64,000 nucleotides of DNA from Candidatus Micrarchaeota archaeon (lineage in GTDB: Archaea > Micrarchaeota > Micrarchaeia > Micrarchaeales > CABMGC01): assembly GCA_021817325.1 (NCBI GenBank), contig JAKAVK010000018.1, forward strand, positions 9,544 through 73,543. The letters are read 5' to 3'. The notes beneath the pieces are model-generated. The model worked only from the letters and a program-made list of their open reading frames with translations, was not told the DNA's origin and ran no database searches. The position numbers and the translations under genes are program-made. Below, in pieces: positions 1 to 8,965 of this stretch; position 1 is the first letter of the stretch, and the number at the start of each line of letters is the position of its first letter.

Positions 1-279
1 TATCTATTATGAAAGATATATAAAGCTTATGTTTTTGATGCGTACTTCCATTATTTCTGGAAGAAGAGTAGACCTTGCAAAGCGTATGCGCATCAACCAT
101 ATACTTTGCAGTACTGGTATAAAAATCTTTCCGCGCATAAAGTAGCCTTTTGACGAGGCAAAAGCCATGCACATTCTCCGCAGTGCCAGCGATAGCGATA
201 TAAACATTCTGCGTTCCAATATTAAAAAGGCAGGCGCAATGATGATCCGCTTCCTGACAAACATTGCCAGAAGATATCC

Positions 280-789
280 ATGGAACAGATATTAATACCT
301 ATAGAGAGGGCTAAGCTCCTCGAGAAGAAGATGCTGGCCAAGGCAGAATCAAGATTGCACTGCAAGATAGGCATACACGATGAGAACCAGGTTGTGATAA
401 ACGGGAAGCCGTACGACGAGTATAATGCCAAGAACATACTGCAGGCGTTCGGCAGGGGCTTCCCATTCGACACCTCATGCAAGCTCCTCTCGGAGAACTA
501 CTACTTCAAGTACATAGACCTAAGGGACATGTTCAGGAATAAGGAGCAGGTGCGGCGCATAAAGGCTAGGATCATAGGCGAGGATGGGCGTGCCAAGGCG
601 TACATGGAGTCAATCAGTGAGGCGGACATCGCTATATACGGGGACACCATAAGCCTTATAGGTACGATAGAAGGAATACACATAGCGACCGTAGCCATAG
701 AGATACTTCTCGGAGGCGGTACACATAAGACCGCATACAAGGCAATGGAGGACGCTAGAAGGAAAGCAAAAGAGGCAGGGTTATTGTAA
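280..789 (+). CDS. KH-domain RNA-binding protein (archaeal Dim2/Pno1-like)
   Basis: 169-aa ORF. KH GXXG loop in IIGEDGRAKAYM plus a second KH-like segment IYGDTISLIGT. Size and layout match archaeal two-KH proteins. TAATG stop/start overlap with the next gene at 787-791. Confidence 0.7.
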   Translation: MEQILIPIERAKLLEKKMLAKAESRLHCKIGIHDENQVVINGKPYDEYNAKNILQAFGRGFPFDTSCKLLSENYYFKYIDLRDMFRNKEQVRRIKARIIGEDGRAKAYMESISEADIAIYGDTISLIGTIEGIHIATVAIEILLGGGTHKTAYKAMEDARRKAKEAGLL

Positions 790-2426
790 TGGCAACGACA
801 AACGCGCTGACTGCGGAAGACATCTTCAAACAGTTCAAACAGTACTCTATATCCGAGTTCTTCAGGAAGAACAGCCAGATGTTGGGTTATGCCGGGAAGG
901 TTCGCTCCCTCACTACGATAGTCCACGAATACCTGACAAACTCAATAGATGCATGCGAGGAAGCAGGCATAATGCCTGAGATCGCCGTGGAGATAAACGA
1001 GATAGGAGAGAACAAGTACAAGGTTACTGTATCTGACAACGGGCCCGGCATACCTCAGAATATAGTTGGCAAGGCCCTTGCCACAATACTTGCGGGCACG
1101 AAGTTCCACAGGTATATGCAGCAGCGCGGCCAGCAGGGCATAGGCGCCACTGGGTGCACGCTCTTCTCAGCGATAACCACTGGCAAGCCAGTGCACGTGA
1201 GGGCCAGCACGGGCCGCAGCGCGTACGAGTGCGATGTTGCGCTGGATATAAAGTCCAACAAGCCGCTGCTCACGAATATTACAAGGTTGGAGCCCGACTT
1301 CAGAGGAACTGCAATAACTGGGGAGTTTGGCGAGGTAAAGTATGAGGCCAGCGATCACGGCGTGTACGAATACGTGAAGCGGACCGCGCTTACCAATCCG
1401 CATGCAACCATAAAGCTCAGGGCCCCTGACGGGCAGGAGCACGTCTTTCTCAGATCTGTGGAGGAGATGCCAAAGAGGCCAAAGCAGATAAAGCCGCACC
1501 CGCTTGGGGTAGGCACCAACGACTTAATAGAGTTTGCCCACAGGACGGAAAGCAAAAACCTGTCCTCTTTCCTTGCAGAGTCGTTCTCAAGGGTAAGCGA
1601 TGCCAAGGTGGCCGAGCTGAAGGGTCTCGTGGACCTTGATTTCGGAATGAGCCCAAAGGACTTGGCATGGGCCGATGCAGAGAAGCTGATCAAGGCATTC
1701 AAGCAGGTGAAGTGGATAGCGCCAGAGCTCGATTCCCTCTCAACGATAGGCGAGAGCCAGATCGAGCTTGCCACAAAGAACATACTCAATCCTGTATTCC
1801 TCAGCGTGGTGGAGCGCAAGCCACGGGTATTCAGTGGAGGCGTTCCGTTCGTCGTCGAGGCCTGCATAGCATACGGTGGAAATGCAGGCAAGCAGACAGA
1901 GAACGGACGTACAGGCACGGTGCTACGCTTCGCGAACAAAGTGCCGTTACTCTTCGACGGCTCGAGCTGCGCGATAAGCGAGGCAGTCAACGGCATACAG
2001 TGGAAGCGGTACGGCATAGGCAACTTCGACGAGGAGCCGGTCAGCGTGCTAGTAAACGTCTCCAGCGTGTATATACCTTATTCTGGGGTAGGCAAGCAGG
2101 CAATCGCACAGGAGGATGACATAATAGAGGAGATAAAGCTTGCGGTCATGGACTGCGGCAGGGCGCTGCAGCGCCATATCAGCGGGGTGAGAAACCAGAA
2201 CCTGCAGGAATCCAGATACAATACCGTAATGCGCTACGTAAAGCAGATGTCGCAGGACCTCTCCGACATAACCGGCATAAGCAACACTGAGATAGAGAAG
2301 TCCCTGAATTCCCTAATAGAATCCAGATACAAGAGGGTCGAAGCGGCAGCGCCAGAAGGATCCGAAGAGACCACCGACGTAGAGGAGGGCGAGGCGCCGC
2401 CATCCGACAGTGAATCAGAAGGTTAG
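789..2426 (+). CDS. top6B: DNA topoisomerase VI subunit B
   Basis: 545-aa ORF. Bergerat-fold GHKL ATPase motifs (EYLTNSIDACEE N-box, SDNGPGIP, GQQGIGATG), a long transducer region and an acidic C-terminal tail. Confidence 0.9.
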   Translation: MATTNALTAEDIFKQFKQYSISEFFRKNSQMLGYAGKVRSLTTIVHEYLTNSIDACEEAGIMPEIAVEINEIGENKYKVTVSDNGPGIPQNIVGKALATILAGTKFHRYMQQRGQQGIGATGCTLFSAITTGKPVHVRASTGRSAYECDVALDIKSNKPLLTNITRLEPDFRGTAITGEFGEVKYEASDHGVYEYVKRTALTNPHATIKLRAPDGQEHVFLRSVEEMPKRPKQIKPHPLGVGTNDLIEFAHRTESKNLSSFLAESFSRVSDAKVAELKGLVDLDFGMSPKDLAWADAEKLIKAFKQVKWIAPELDSLSTIGESQIELATKNILNPVFLSVVERKPRVFSGGVPFVVEACIAYGGNAGKQTENGRTGTVLRFANKVPLLFDGSSCAISEAVNGIQWKRYGIGNFDEEPVSVLVNVSSVYIPYSGVGKQAIAQEDDIIEEIKLAVMDCGRALQRHISGVRNQNLQESRYNTVMRYVKQMSQDLSDITGISNTEIEKSLNSLIESRYKRVEAAAPEGSEETTDVEEGEAPPSDSESEG

Positions 2427-4868
2427 CCTGCTGAGATCTCCTGTATCAAGAGGCACTATATACTGGTACTCTATGCCCACCTTCATGAGCTCGGCCTTCT
2501 CGCCATAAGATGTGTATAGCCTCTGTATGAAATCCAGGCGTGCTTGCTCATCAATGAAGACTATGAATATTTTGTACTGGCTGCCAAGTGCAACGTCCCT
2601 CATGCCATTAATGCTCGAATATATAATCACCTGCGCCTGCGACCCTTTCTTAGTTATTGTCATGTCGACGTTCCTATCGGAGTCCAACTCGGTAAACAGT
2701 ATGGCGTTTGCCACGCAGTAATCCCTGAGCTTTCTGAAGATTACAAGGTACTCGATATCATGCCCGGAAGAGTCGATCCACTTCCTTGGCGCGTAATATC
2801 CGCCAGCTGTGACAAGATCGCCTCTGTTTACCAGCGCCGTAAGTACGTTGAGCGTATTCTGCGTGGTTATAGAGATTGGCACGTTCTCATACCTGACGCT
2901 GCTGCCAATACCGCTTCTAACCTCTTCGACTGTCAGCGGCATAAGCCTCCAGTGGTAGTAATAGTTGACAGTATCAAATATGTTGACTACTGAGCCAGGA
3001 TTCGCCTTTAGCTTTATCTTGGCGGATGCCGGGAAGTTGGGCACGTCTACAAAGTAGTCATCTGATATCGGCGCTTTGAGTATGAGATTGAGCAAGACCA
3101 CCACGAAAACCCCTATCCCAAATTCAATGTACATTGGTGGTATGCTGTTTCCAGGGGGCTGGTAAGGCGCTGTATATGTATAATTCTCTCCGAAGATATT
3201 GAAGTCAAATGTCTTGTTGCCGTAGCTTATCGCAGTATGCGCTGGCAGGTCGTAGTTAAGCATACCATCCTGCACGGTTCCATTCTGCAGATACTGCCCG
3301 CCGATGCTTGCAATGTACTTGACGTTGTTCAATGTCTGGTTATTGCTTGTAACGTAGAAATCAAAATTGTCGTTTGCGAAGTCTATTGTCTGCGGGGTTA
3401 GGTTGACCGGCGCCATGTAGAAGAGCGATGTCGCATAAGTGCGCGAGGCGATATCCTTAAGCGACGCAACATAGTATCCCGGCGGCAGCGTGAAAGCCTG
3501 GTAGTAGAGTATGTCGAAACTCTTATTGTAGAAGCCCACCGGCACCGAAGCAAGAAGCGAATGGTTCTCATCATACAGCTCCAGATGGAACGACGTCTCA
3601 TGTGAAATGTTGCTGGCCTCCATGCGGATGGGCAACGTCTGCTCCTGGCCAAAGACTGCAGGCATCGAGAGCGTGCCCGCACCCTTGTAGCGCACCGCAA
3701 ATGGCACCAGCCTCTCATAGAACTGCGAAGCATTGGCGTTATACAGCTTGATGATTATAAGCCCGTGCGAGCCATTTACCATACTTGAAGCATTTTGCGT
3801 GTTATTCAGTGCAAGTGCGCTGGTGACCAGTGGCGCGATCCCAATGCTATTGGGGCTTAATGCATTCGTATCAAGAGGAATGCTGCTGTTCCCGTAAGCT
3901 ATCCTGTCCATCCAGAATCTGCTGTTCAGCGTGGTGGCTATGTCGCCTGCAAGCTGGCTCGCATTCTTCCATCCGACATTCGGGTAATTGCTGAATACTA
4001 GAAGGGTCCCGTTTGTATAATTTACCGCGCTCACATTGCCAAAATTGTCGTAGTACGGACCAAGGGGGGTATTGCCCTTCGCAAGCCAGAAGGTAGGCGA
4101 GTTGAAGGTGAGTTCGCTCGAGTTATACTGTGCACTATAGTTCTGCGACTCTGTCATATTGTGGCTAACAGGTACTTCGATTATAGAGGCTTCGCGCAGC
4201 AGGCTTAGCGAGTTTTGAGGGGTAACGAAGATCGTCTGCCCTGATCCAAGCTCGCTGGTAAAGTTCCTGCCGACATAGACTATCGTGTCTCCCCTCTTCA
4301 TCATATCCAATATTGTGAAGTTGCCGTTGCCAGGGTGCGGCCCTTCGTACAGCGAATCGGGCAGCAGGCCTACAGGCATTAGCCCTGAAGGTATGATGAC
4401 TACCGAATCGTTTGGTATCTCAGTCAGGTTGTCAATTCCGACATAGTTCATGCTGGTGCTGTTTATTATAAAGCCGTATCTCTTCAGGTTCTTATATAAG
4501 TCGTTGTACAGCTGCCCTCCTGAAAAGCAATCCAGGCAATAATTTATCAGTCCAACCTGCGTATTTACCAGATAGATCCTCGGTGCCGGAGGGGTTGTAT
4601 AGGCAGATATCGAGATATTTGCATCAGTGGCATTGGTAAAATAATAGTTTCCCAGTACGTAGTAGACCAGGCGGGTTGCCGAATCATCTACATATACGCT
4701 CGCATTGCTTATGGAGAACTGCGCTGAAATGCTCCCTGTTGGAAGGGCCGTGCTAACTAATGAGGGGAAGATCGAACGCACATAAAGAGCCAGGGATGCC
4801 CCCGCGCCTATCGCTATGACTATTATTACAAGTACCAGTTTCAGCAGCTTCGAAGATACCATGAGCAC
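2415..4868 (-). CDS. Large bitopic surface protein rich in N-glycosylation sequons, with cytoplasmic C-terminal domain; last gene of T4SS-like locus 1
   Basis: 817-aa ORF. N-terminal signal-anchor (LLKLVLVIIVIAIGAGASLALYV) and a roughly 560-aa ectodomain with about 28 N-x-S/T sequons by my count. Second TM (MYIEFGIGVFVVVLLNLIL), then a roughly 230-aa soluble tail. Follows the upstream minus-strand genes with short gaps. Its 3' end overlaps top6B convergently by 12 nt. Confidence 0.6.
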   Translation of the reverse strand: MLMVSSKLLKLVLVIIVIAIGAGASLALYVRSIFPSLVSTALPTGSISAQFSISNASVYVDDSATRLVYYVLGNYYFTNATDANISISAYTTPPAPRIYLVNTQVGLINYCLDCFSGGQLYNDLYKNLKRYGFIINSTSMNYVGIDNLTEIPNDSVVIIPSGLMPVGLLPDSLYEGPHPGNGNFTILDMMKRGDTIVYVGRNFTSELGSGQTIFVTPQNSLSLLREASIIEVPVSHNMTESQNYSAQYNSSELTFNSPTFWLAKGNTPLGPYYDNFGNVSAVNYTNGTLLVFSNYPNVGWKNASQLAGDIATTLNSRFWMDRIAYGNSSIPLDTNALSPNSIGIAPLVTSALALNNTQNASSMVNGSHGLIIIKLYNANASQFYERLVPFAVRYKGAGTLSMPAVFGQEQTLPIRMEASNISHETSFHLELYDENHSLLASVPVGFYNKSFDILYYQAFTLPPGYYVASLKDIASRTYATSLFYMAPVNLTPQTIDFANDNFDFYVTSNNQTLNNVKYIASIGGQYLQNGTVQDGMLNYDLPAHTAISYGNKTFDFNIFGENYTYTAPYQPPGNSIPPMYIEFGIGVFVVVLLNLILKAPISDDYFVDVPNFPASAKIKLKANPGSVVNIFDTVNYYYHWRLMPLTVEEVRSGIGSSVRYENVPISITTQNTLNVLTALVNRGDLVTAGGYYAPRKWIDSSGHDIEYLVIFRKLRDYCVANAILFTELDSDRNVDMTITKKGSQAQVIIYSSINGMRDVALGSQYKIFIVFIDEQARLDFIQRLYTSYGEKAELMKVGIEYQYIVPLDTGDLSRLTF

Positions 4869-4879
4869 GCACTATCCTG

Positions 4880-5023
4880 CTATTCCTCCCTTTTGACTAT
4901 GAATCTGTCCACAAGCCTCTGCACAAAACGCGAAGCGGCATTAGTAGTATCGTGGGCTTTCTTCACCACCGTATATGTGCGTATGTACTTGAATGGCTTC
5001 TTTACCACTACCCCATACTTCAT
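4880..5023 (-). CDS. Candidate small basic ORF (47 aa)
   Basis: Below the ORF-track cutoff; hand translation MKYGVVVKKPFKYIRTYTVVKKAHDTTNAASRFVQRLVDRFIVKREE. Fills the gap between two same-strand genes (4 nt after the upstream stop, 11 nt before the downstream start). No recognisable motif. Confidence 0.25.
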   Translation of the reverse strand: MKYGVVVKKPFKYIRTYTVVKKAHDTTNAASRFVQRLVDRFIVKREE

Positions 5024-5027
5024 CAAA

Positions 5028-5753
5028 TCATTCCTTCAGCTCGAGATAGCCCTGTGCTACCATCTTGTTGAGTATCTGCTCAACCCTGGGCTGTGATACA
5101 TTGTATGTCTTCGCGAAGTCGTCTATGTCTATCGTGCTGTTGTGCACCTGTATCCAATCGCCAACCATCGACATCAGCGATTCATCGGTAAACTTCTGCA
5201 GGGCCGCAAGGTCTGCCTTGAGTGATTTATTCTCCTCGTTGAGTTGTGCGGTCTGTATGGTGAGATTCCTGTTCGCCGTTGCGTACTCCAGATCCAGTTT
5301 CTTTACCTCTCTGTATTCGTTCAACAGAGAATCGTATTTGTTGAATAAGCTGCTGTATGTCTCTGTCATCCCAGAGAGCAGATTCTCAATGACCGAATCG
5401 ACATACTGGTAGAACTTGCCTGCATCTAGCGTATACTGGTCTGATATAATGGAGAGTACCGAGAGTACATCCTTGATTACTGTTGCCCTGCGCATCCTGT
5501 CGCTGGTATCCTGCGGTATCGAGTAAATCAGGCTTATGCCATCCTTCCTGAGCTTGATTATATAGAAAAGGTACGGCTTCTTGCTGATGTTCCTGCTCTC
5601 AACTTTGACTATGGATAGTTCGTTACCGGCCTGCTTCAGGTAGTAGAACGGTATCTGAGAAAGTTTGGATTTTATAATGTCAAGGCTTCCAGTCAGCCGT
5701 CCATCAAAAACAAGTTCATCGACTTTTGGGCTAAGTGCAACCTCATCTGGCAT
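5028..5753 (-). CDS. Coiled-coil protein with C-terminal winged-helix-like domain (locus-1 accessory; paralog of 48279..48956)
   Basis: 241-aa ORF. Central heptad-like region (LNEENKSLKADLAALQ) and C-terminal HTH-like FAKTYNVSQPRVEQILNKMVAQGYLELKE. Same architecture and several alignable blocks as the protein downstream of the second ATPase. Confidence 0.6.
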   Translation of the reverse strand: MPDEVALSPKVDELVFDGRLTGSLDIIKSKLSQIPFYYLKQAGNELSIVKVESRNISKKPYLFYIIKLRKDGISLIYSIPQDTSDRMRRATVIKDVLSVLSIISDQYTLDAGKFYQYVDSVIENLLSGMTETYSSLFNKYDSLLNEYREVKKLDLEYATANRNLTIQTAQLNEENKSLKADLAALQKFTDESLMSMVGDWIQVHNSTIDIDDFAKTYNVSQPRVEQILNKMVAQGYLELKE

Positions 5754-5868
5754 TTGACATACACCGCATCCTTCATTATTATTGCCAGAGCTAGATTTAT
5801 AACACTATTTACGGCACGTAAAAAGCCGTTTCTCTGCTGTAGTGTGCCTTTATGCGCACCAAATGCCG

Positions 5869-6285
5869 CTACCTTTTCGCTTCCTTGTCTCCCCGTATGG
5901 CTTGTACATCAAGATCCGGCATGTAGTTGAGCAGGGATAAGAGGTAGAGCAGCGCAAGCACGGGCAACGTGAATAAGAGCGTACCTACGCTTGCTATCAC
6001 AAGCCCCACAACCAGAAAGACAATGCCAAGGCCAACATATATTGCCATCCTGGATACGAACCTGCTCCTCTCTTTCTTGTATTTTGGGTAGCACTCCTTA
6101 CACACGACCAGCACATTGTTCTTCTCGTTCTTTGTTATGTTCGTCTTTATCCAGCGTATGGCGTGTATGACGTGGTCATTCCTAACCGGCAGGCCGACCC
6201 TCTCATTACCGCACACTATGCAGACTCTCTGCCTGCCTTTTTGATGCATTCCCGCAGCGCGTGTTTTGCCTCTAACCATATGCAC
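5869..6285 (-). CDS. Zinc-ribbon membrane protein
   Basis: 138-aa ORF. Two CxxC pairs (CIVCGN ... CKECYP) followed by two hydrophobic helices (MAIYVGLGIVFLVVGLVIASV, LLFTLPVLALLYLLSLL). Confidence 0.55.
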   Translation of the reverse strand: MHMVRGKTRAAGMHQKGRQRVCIVCGNERVGLPVRNDHVIHAIRWIKTNITKNEKNNVLVVCKECYPKYKKERSRFVSRMAIYVGLGIVFLVVGLVIASVGTLLFTLPVLALLYLLSLLNYMPDLDVQAIRGDKEAKR

Positions 6286-6292
6286 ACCATCC

Positions 6293-6589
6293 CTATTCGA
6301 TTACCAGCTCCACTATCTTGCCATAAGTGTCGCGTATCCTCTGCTCGTCTATCATGTTAAATACATTAGTAATAGTAACGTCGTCTATCCCTATCCTCCT
6401 CAGCACATTTGCTATGTCCTCGTGTTTCAGCCCCTTCCTCTCCAGCATGCTTACGAAGAGTATCGCATTGCAGTGCCTGTGCATCTTCTCAAGGGAATTC
6501 GAGAGATCGTCTATGCTCTTGTCATTCATTCGAAATGTGGAAAGCATCTTCCTGAGCTTTATCCTGCTTACCACGAACGTTCCGGCCAA
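6293..6589 (-). CDS. Small helical protein sharing a module with the C-termini of both T4SS-like ATPases
   Basis: 98-aa ORF starting 9 nt downstream of the ATPase stop. Segment LERKGLKHEDIANVLRRIGIDDVTITNVFNMI aligns with INQGIDKNTIVNFFRKIGILDSIISKVFNFI (ATPase-1 tail) and LHGASRKEMLRALRKTGIADADIADAFAFAI (ATPase-2 tail). Confidence 0.55.
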   Translation of the reverse strand: MAGTFVVSRIKLRKMLSTFRMNDKSIDDLSNSLEKMHRHCNAILFVSMLERKGLKHEDIANVLRRIGIDDVTITNVFNMIDEQRIRDTYGKIVELVIE

Positions 6590-6598
6590 AGAAGATCA

Positions 6599-8104
6599 CT
6601 ACGATATGAAGTTAAATACCTTAGATATTATGCTGTCCAGTATGCCTATCTTCCTGAAAAAGTTGACTATCGTATTTTTGTCTATTCCCTGGTTGATCAT
6701 TATCTGCGCCATATCCCTGATATCAACAATCCTGTCCTTCTTGTCAAGCTCCTTGAAGATCCTGAGTATGATGTCTGCGCTGATCTCGCTCTCTATAAGT
6801 TTAGCGTTAAGGTCTATCCTCTCAAAGTAGTACTCCTTCTTTATACTCTGGTCGGCCTGTTCGTTGGGGGCAAGCATCTCGGCCACGTTTATCGCATATA
6901 CGTCAAGCGGCTCCTCTCCTACTATCCTGTCAAGCAGAAAGATCTCCGGGAACTGTATCGAGGAGTTGAACGACATGTCGAACGCCGCCTGCCCGACTCC
7001 GAACTTGCTAATCTCCCTGCGTATGAAGCCTGAGAAGTTGAGCGATCCCTGCAAAAAGTTCATGAACTTCTCATACCTTATTCTCAGCATTACTGTAGTG
7101 CCAACGTTAGAGAAGATTGTCTCATTAATGTCTGTTGGATTCTGCGATGCTACAAGAAGGCCGAACTGGTACTTCCTGCCCTCCCTGACTATTGTTATCG
7201 CATCGCTCCTCTCGTCGCTTGCGACCTTCCACGCCTCATCCAGAACCACCAGCGTCTTTATCCCGCGGGTGCTGGACCATCCCTCCTGCCTCATCTTCTC
7301 CTTCAGCGTCTGCAGTATGAACATGGCCGCCAGTGCCCTGAATCTCTCATCAGGCAGGCTCGAGAGGTCCAGGTCGACGAGACCAGACTGGGCCAGCTTT
7401 CCTATATCTATTGTGGACTTCTTTGCAAAATAGTCCTCTCCCTCCCTTGTGAACTGCCTAATCCTGTATATGGCGTTCTCCAGTTCCGCCGGATATTCAT
7501 ATGTGCCCTCCTGTAGCTTCTCCTCAAGCAGCTTAGTCACATCCTTTAGGGTCGGCGATTCCGTATTCGGACCAGGTACGTCTGCCAGTGCAAATCCGGC
7601 ATTCACGTAGGCCTGCTCCATTGCCTCTGCGGTAAGCCGCCGTTGTTCTGGATACTGTCCTATGTCAGTTAGTATGTCAATTGAGTTCATGATCTGCTTT
7701 GCCCTGTCTATCGGCTTCATTCCAGAGAGGTCCATTATGTTTATGTAGTCCCCTTTCGAGAGCGCAATCACCTTTCCGCCGCTCTGTTTGACCCATGCCT
7801 TGTACTCTCCGGCCCAGTCTATTATTATGGCGTTCGTATTCCAGATGTAGCTGGCCCTGACAAGGAAGGTTTTTACGAAGAAGCTCTTTCCAGCGCCTGT
7901 TATGCCGACTACTGCCAGGTGCGGGTTGGTCAGGGTGGAATAGGTCCACGTAAAGGGCACTCCGAAGAGTTTGGTCACGCCTATGAATATCGAGTTTGTG
8001 GGATCGTTGAGCAGGTATTCCTGCGGCGGCTCCGGCGGCCTGCTCAGGAAGGTCCTCTTCGCAAGTTCGTTGCTCATCACATTCTGTACCCGCAGAAGTG
8101 TCAT
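6599..8104 (-). CDS. VirB4/HerA-superfamily P-loop ATPase (CedB/TedB-like), locus 1
   Basis: 501-aa ORF. Walker A GITGAGKSFF, Walker B LVVLDEAWKV (DEAW is typical of VirB4/TrbE/TraC) and REGRKYQFGLLVASQNP (HerA/DUF87-like block). No N-terminal TM or VirB4 N-domain in this polypeptide. Confidence 0.85.
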   Translation of the reverse strand: MTLLRVQNVMSNELAKRTFLSRPPEPPQEYLLNDPTNSIFIGVTKLFGVPFTWTYSTLTNPHLAVVGITGAGKSFFVKTFLVRASYIWNTNAIIIDWAGEYKAWVKQSGGKVIALSKGDYINIMDLSGMKPIDRAKQIMNSIDILTDIGQYPEQRRLTAEAMEQAYVNAGFALADVPGPNTESPTLKDVTKLLEEKLQEGTYEYPAELENAIYRIRQFTREGEDYFAKKSTIDIGKLAQSGLVDLDLSSLPDERFRALAAMFILQTLKEKMRQEGWSSTRGIKTLVVLDEAWKVASDERSDAITIVREGRKYQFGLLVASQNPTDINETIFSNVGTTVMLRIRYEKFMNFLQGSLNFSGFIRREISKFGVGQAAFDMSFNSSIQFPEIFLLDRIVGEEPLDVYAINVAEMLAPNEQADQSIKKEYYFERIDLNAKLIESEISADIILRIFKELDKKDRIVDIRDMAQIMINQGIDKNTIVNFFRKIGILDSIISKVFNFIS

Positions 8105-8136
8105 AATATCAACATTGCAGCCAAAGGTATATAGCT

Positions 8137-8964
8137 CTATTTCTGCCCCTTGAAGAGGCCCATTACGGAGCCTGCATCAAGCAGCCTGTAATTCAGCTTG
8201 TAGAGGAAGTACAGCTCCCTGCCTACGATCCTCTGTATGCTCAAGTCGAACGCATTGAATACTGTCTGGAGCTGGGTCATCTGTGTGTCTAGGATGTCAA
8301 GGGCCTCCTTCTCGCTGATCCCAACCGAAGTAGACTCTATGTATATGATGCTGTAGAGCGGCTTCTCCCCTTCCCCTATCTTGTTCATCTTCATTTCGAC
8401 CTGGCTAATCTTCTTCTGTATTTCCTGCATGTCAACTGGATTCTGCGTGGTTGCCTGCATCAGCCTTGACATCTGGAACTCGTAATAGCCCCTCTGGCCT
8501 TCAAGCTCGTCCCTGTACTTCTGTATGTCCTGTGCCATGCTTATTATGTTAAACTTGAATGGAAAGTCGACATTCATGACTATCTTCTCCCACTTGTCCG
8601 GTGCGGCAACCATCTCGCTCTCCACCTTCTCATCCGCCTTTTCGGCCTTGAACACGTAGCTGTACAGATTGCCTGTCAGGTAGCCTGTCGCATAGTACAG
8701 ACCGTTGACATACTTGACTACGGCCTGCTGCCCGTGAGCTATTGTATAGTTCTTTGCCGGCACTATGGTTATGCGCAGCATCTTTGTAAAAAGGGGGAAG
8801 ACCAGATAGTCTGCATAATTCATTATGAGCACCAGCAGGAGCGTAAGTATCCCAAGTACTATGACCACCAAGAGAAACGGTCCGAATGCGCTTCCATAAA
8901 CCATTAGCAGCAATACTATCACCAATGCGCATCCGAGAAACAATACCTCCTCCTGGTCAACCAT
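8137..8964 (-). CDS. 2-TM plus soluble-domain protein (family X, copy 1; possible VirB3/VirB4-N-domain analog)
   Basis: 275-aa ORF. Two N-terminal TM helices, then VNGLYYATGYL, a coiled-coil stretch and C-terminal FNAFDLSIQRIVGRELYFL. Alignable blocks shared with 8966..9838 and 50061..50786. Confidence 0.65.
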   Translation of the reverse strand: MVDQEEVLFLGCALVIVLLLMVYGSAFGPFLLVVIVLGILTLLLVLIMNYADYLVFPLFTKMLRITIVPAKNYTIAHGQQAVVKYVNGLYYATGYLTGNLYSYVFKAEKADEKVESEMVAAPDKWEKIVMNVDFPFKFNIISMAQDIQKYRDELEGQRGYYEFQMSRLMQATTQNPVDMQEIQKKISQVEMKMNKIGEGEKPLYSIIYIESTSVGISEKEALDILDTQMTQLQTVFNAFDLSIQRIVGRELYFLYKLNYRLLDAGSVMGLFKGQK

Positions 8965-8965
8965 A

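Noticed and set aside
7-264. 85-aa minus-strand ORF at the window start, and short plus-strand ORFs in 1-279
   Set aside because: No motif and an odd composition. The region may be a promoter or a decayed gene, so there is insufficient support to call a feature.
1355-2023. 222-aa minus-strand ORF, and other ORFs at 1055-2403, inside top6B
   Set aside because: These are antisense shadow ORFs within a confidently identified gene, with Arg/Ser/Pro-rich low-complexity translations.
6266-7433. 255-aa, 167-aa and 189-aa plus-strand ORFs
   Set aside because: They are antisense to the ATPase and 98-aa genes. Their composition is typical of shadow frames (Leu/Ser/Tyr-rich), they have no motifs, and they would break an otherwise tight operon.
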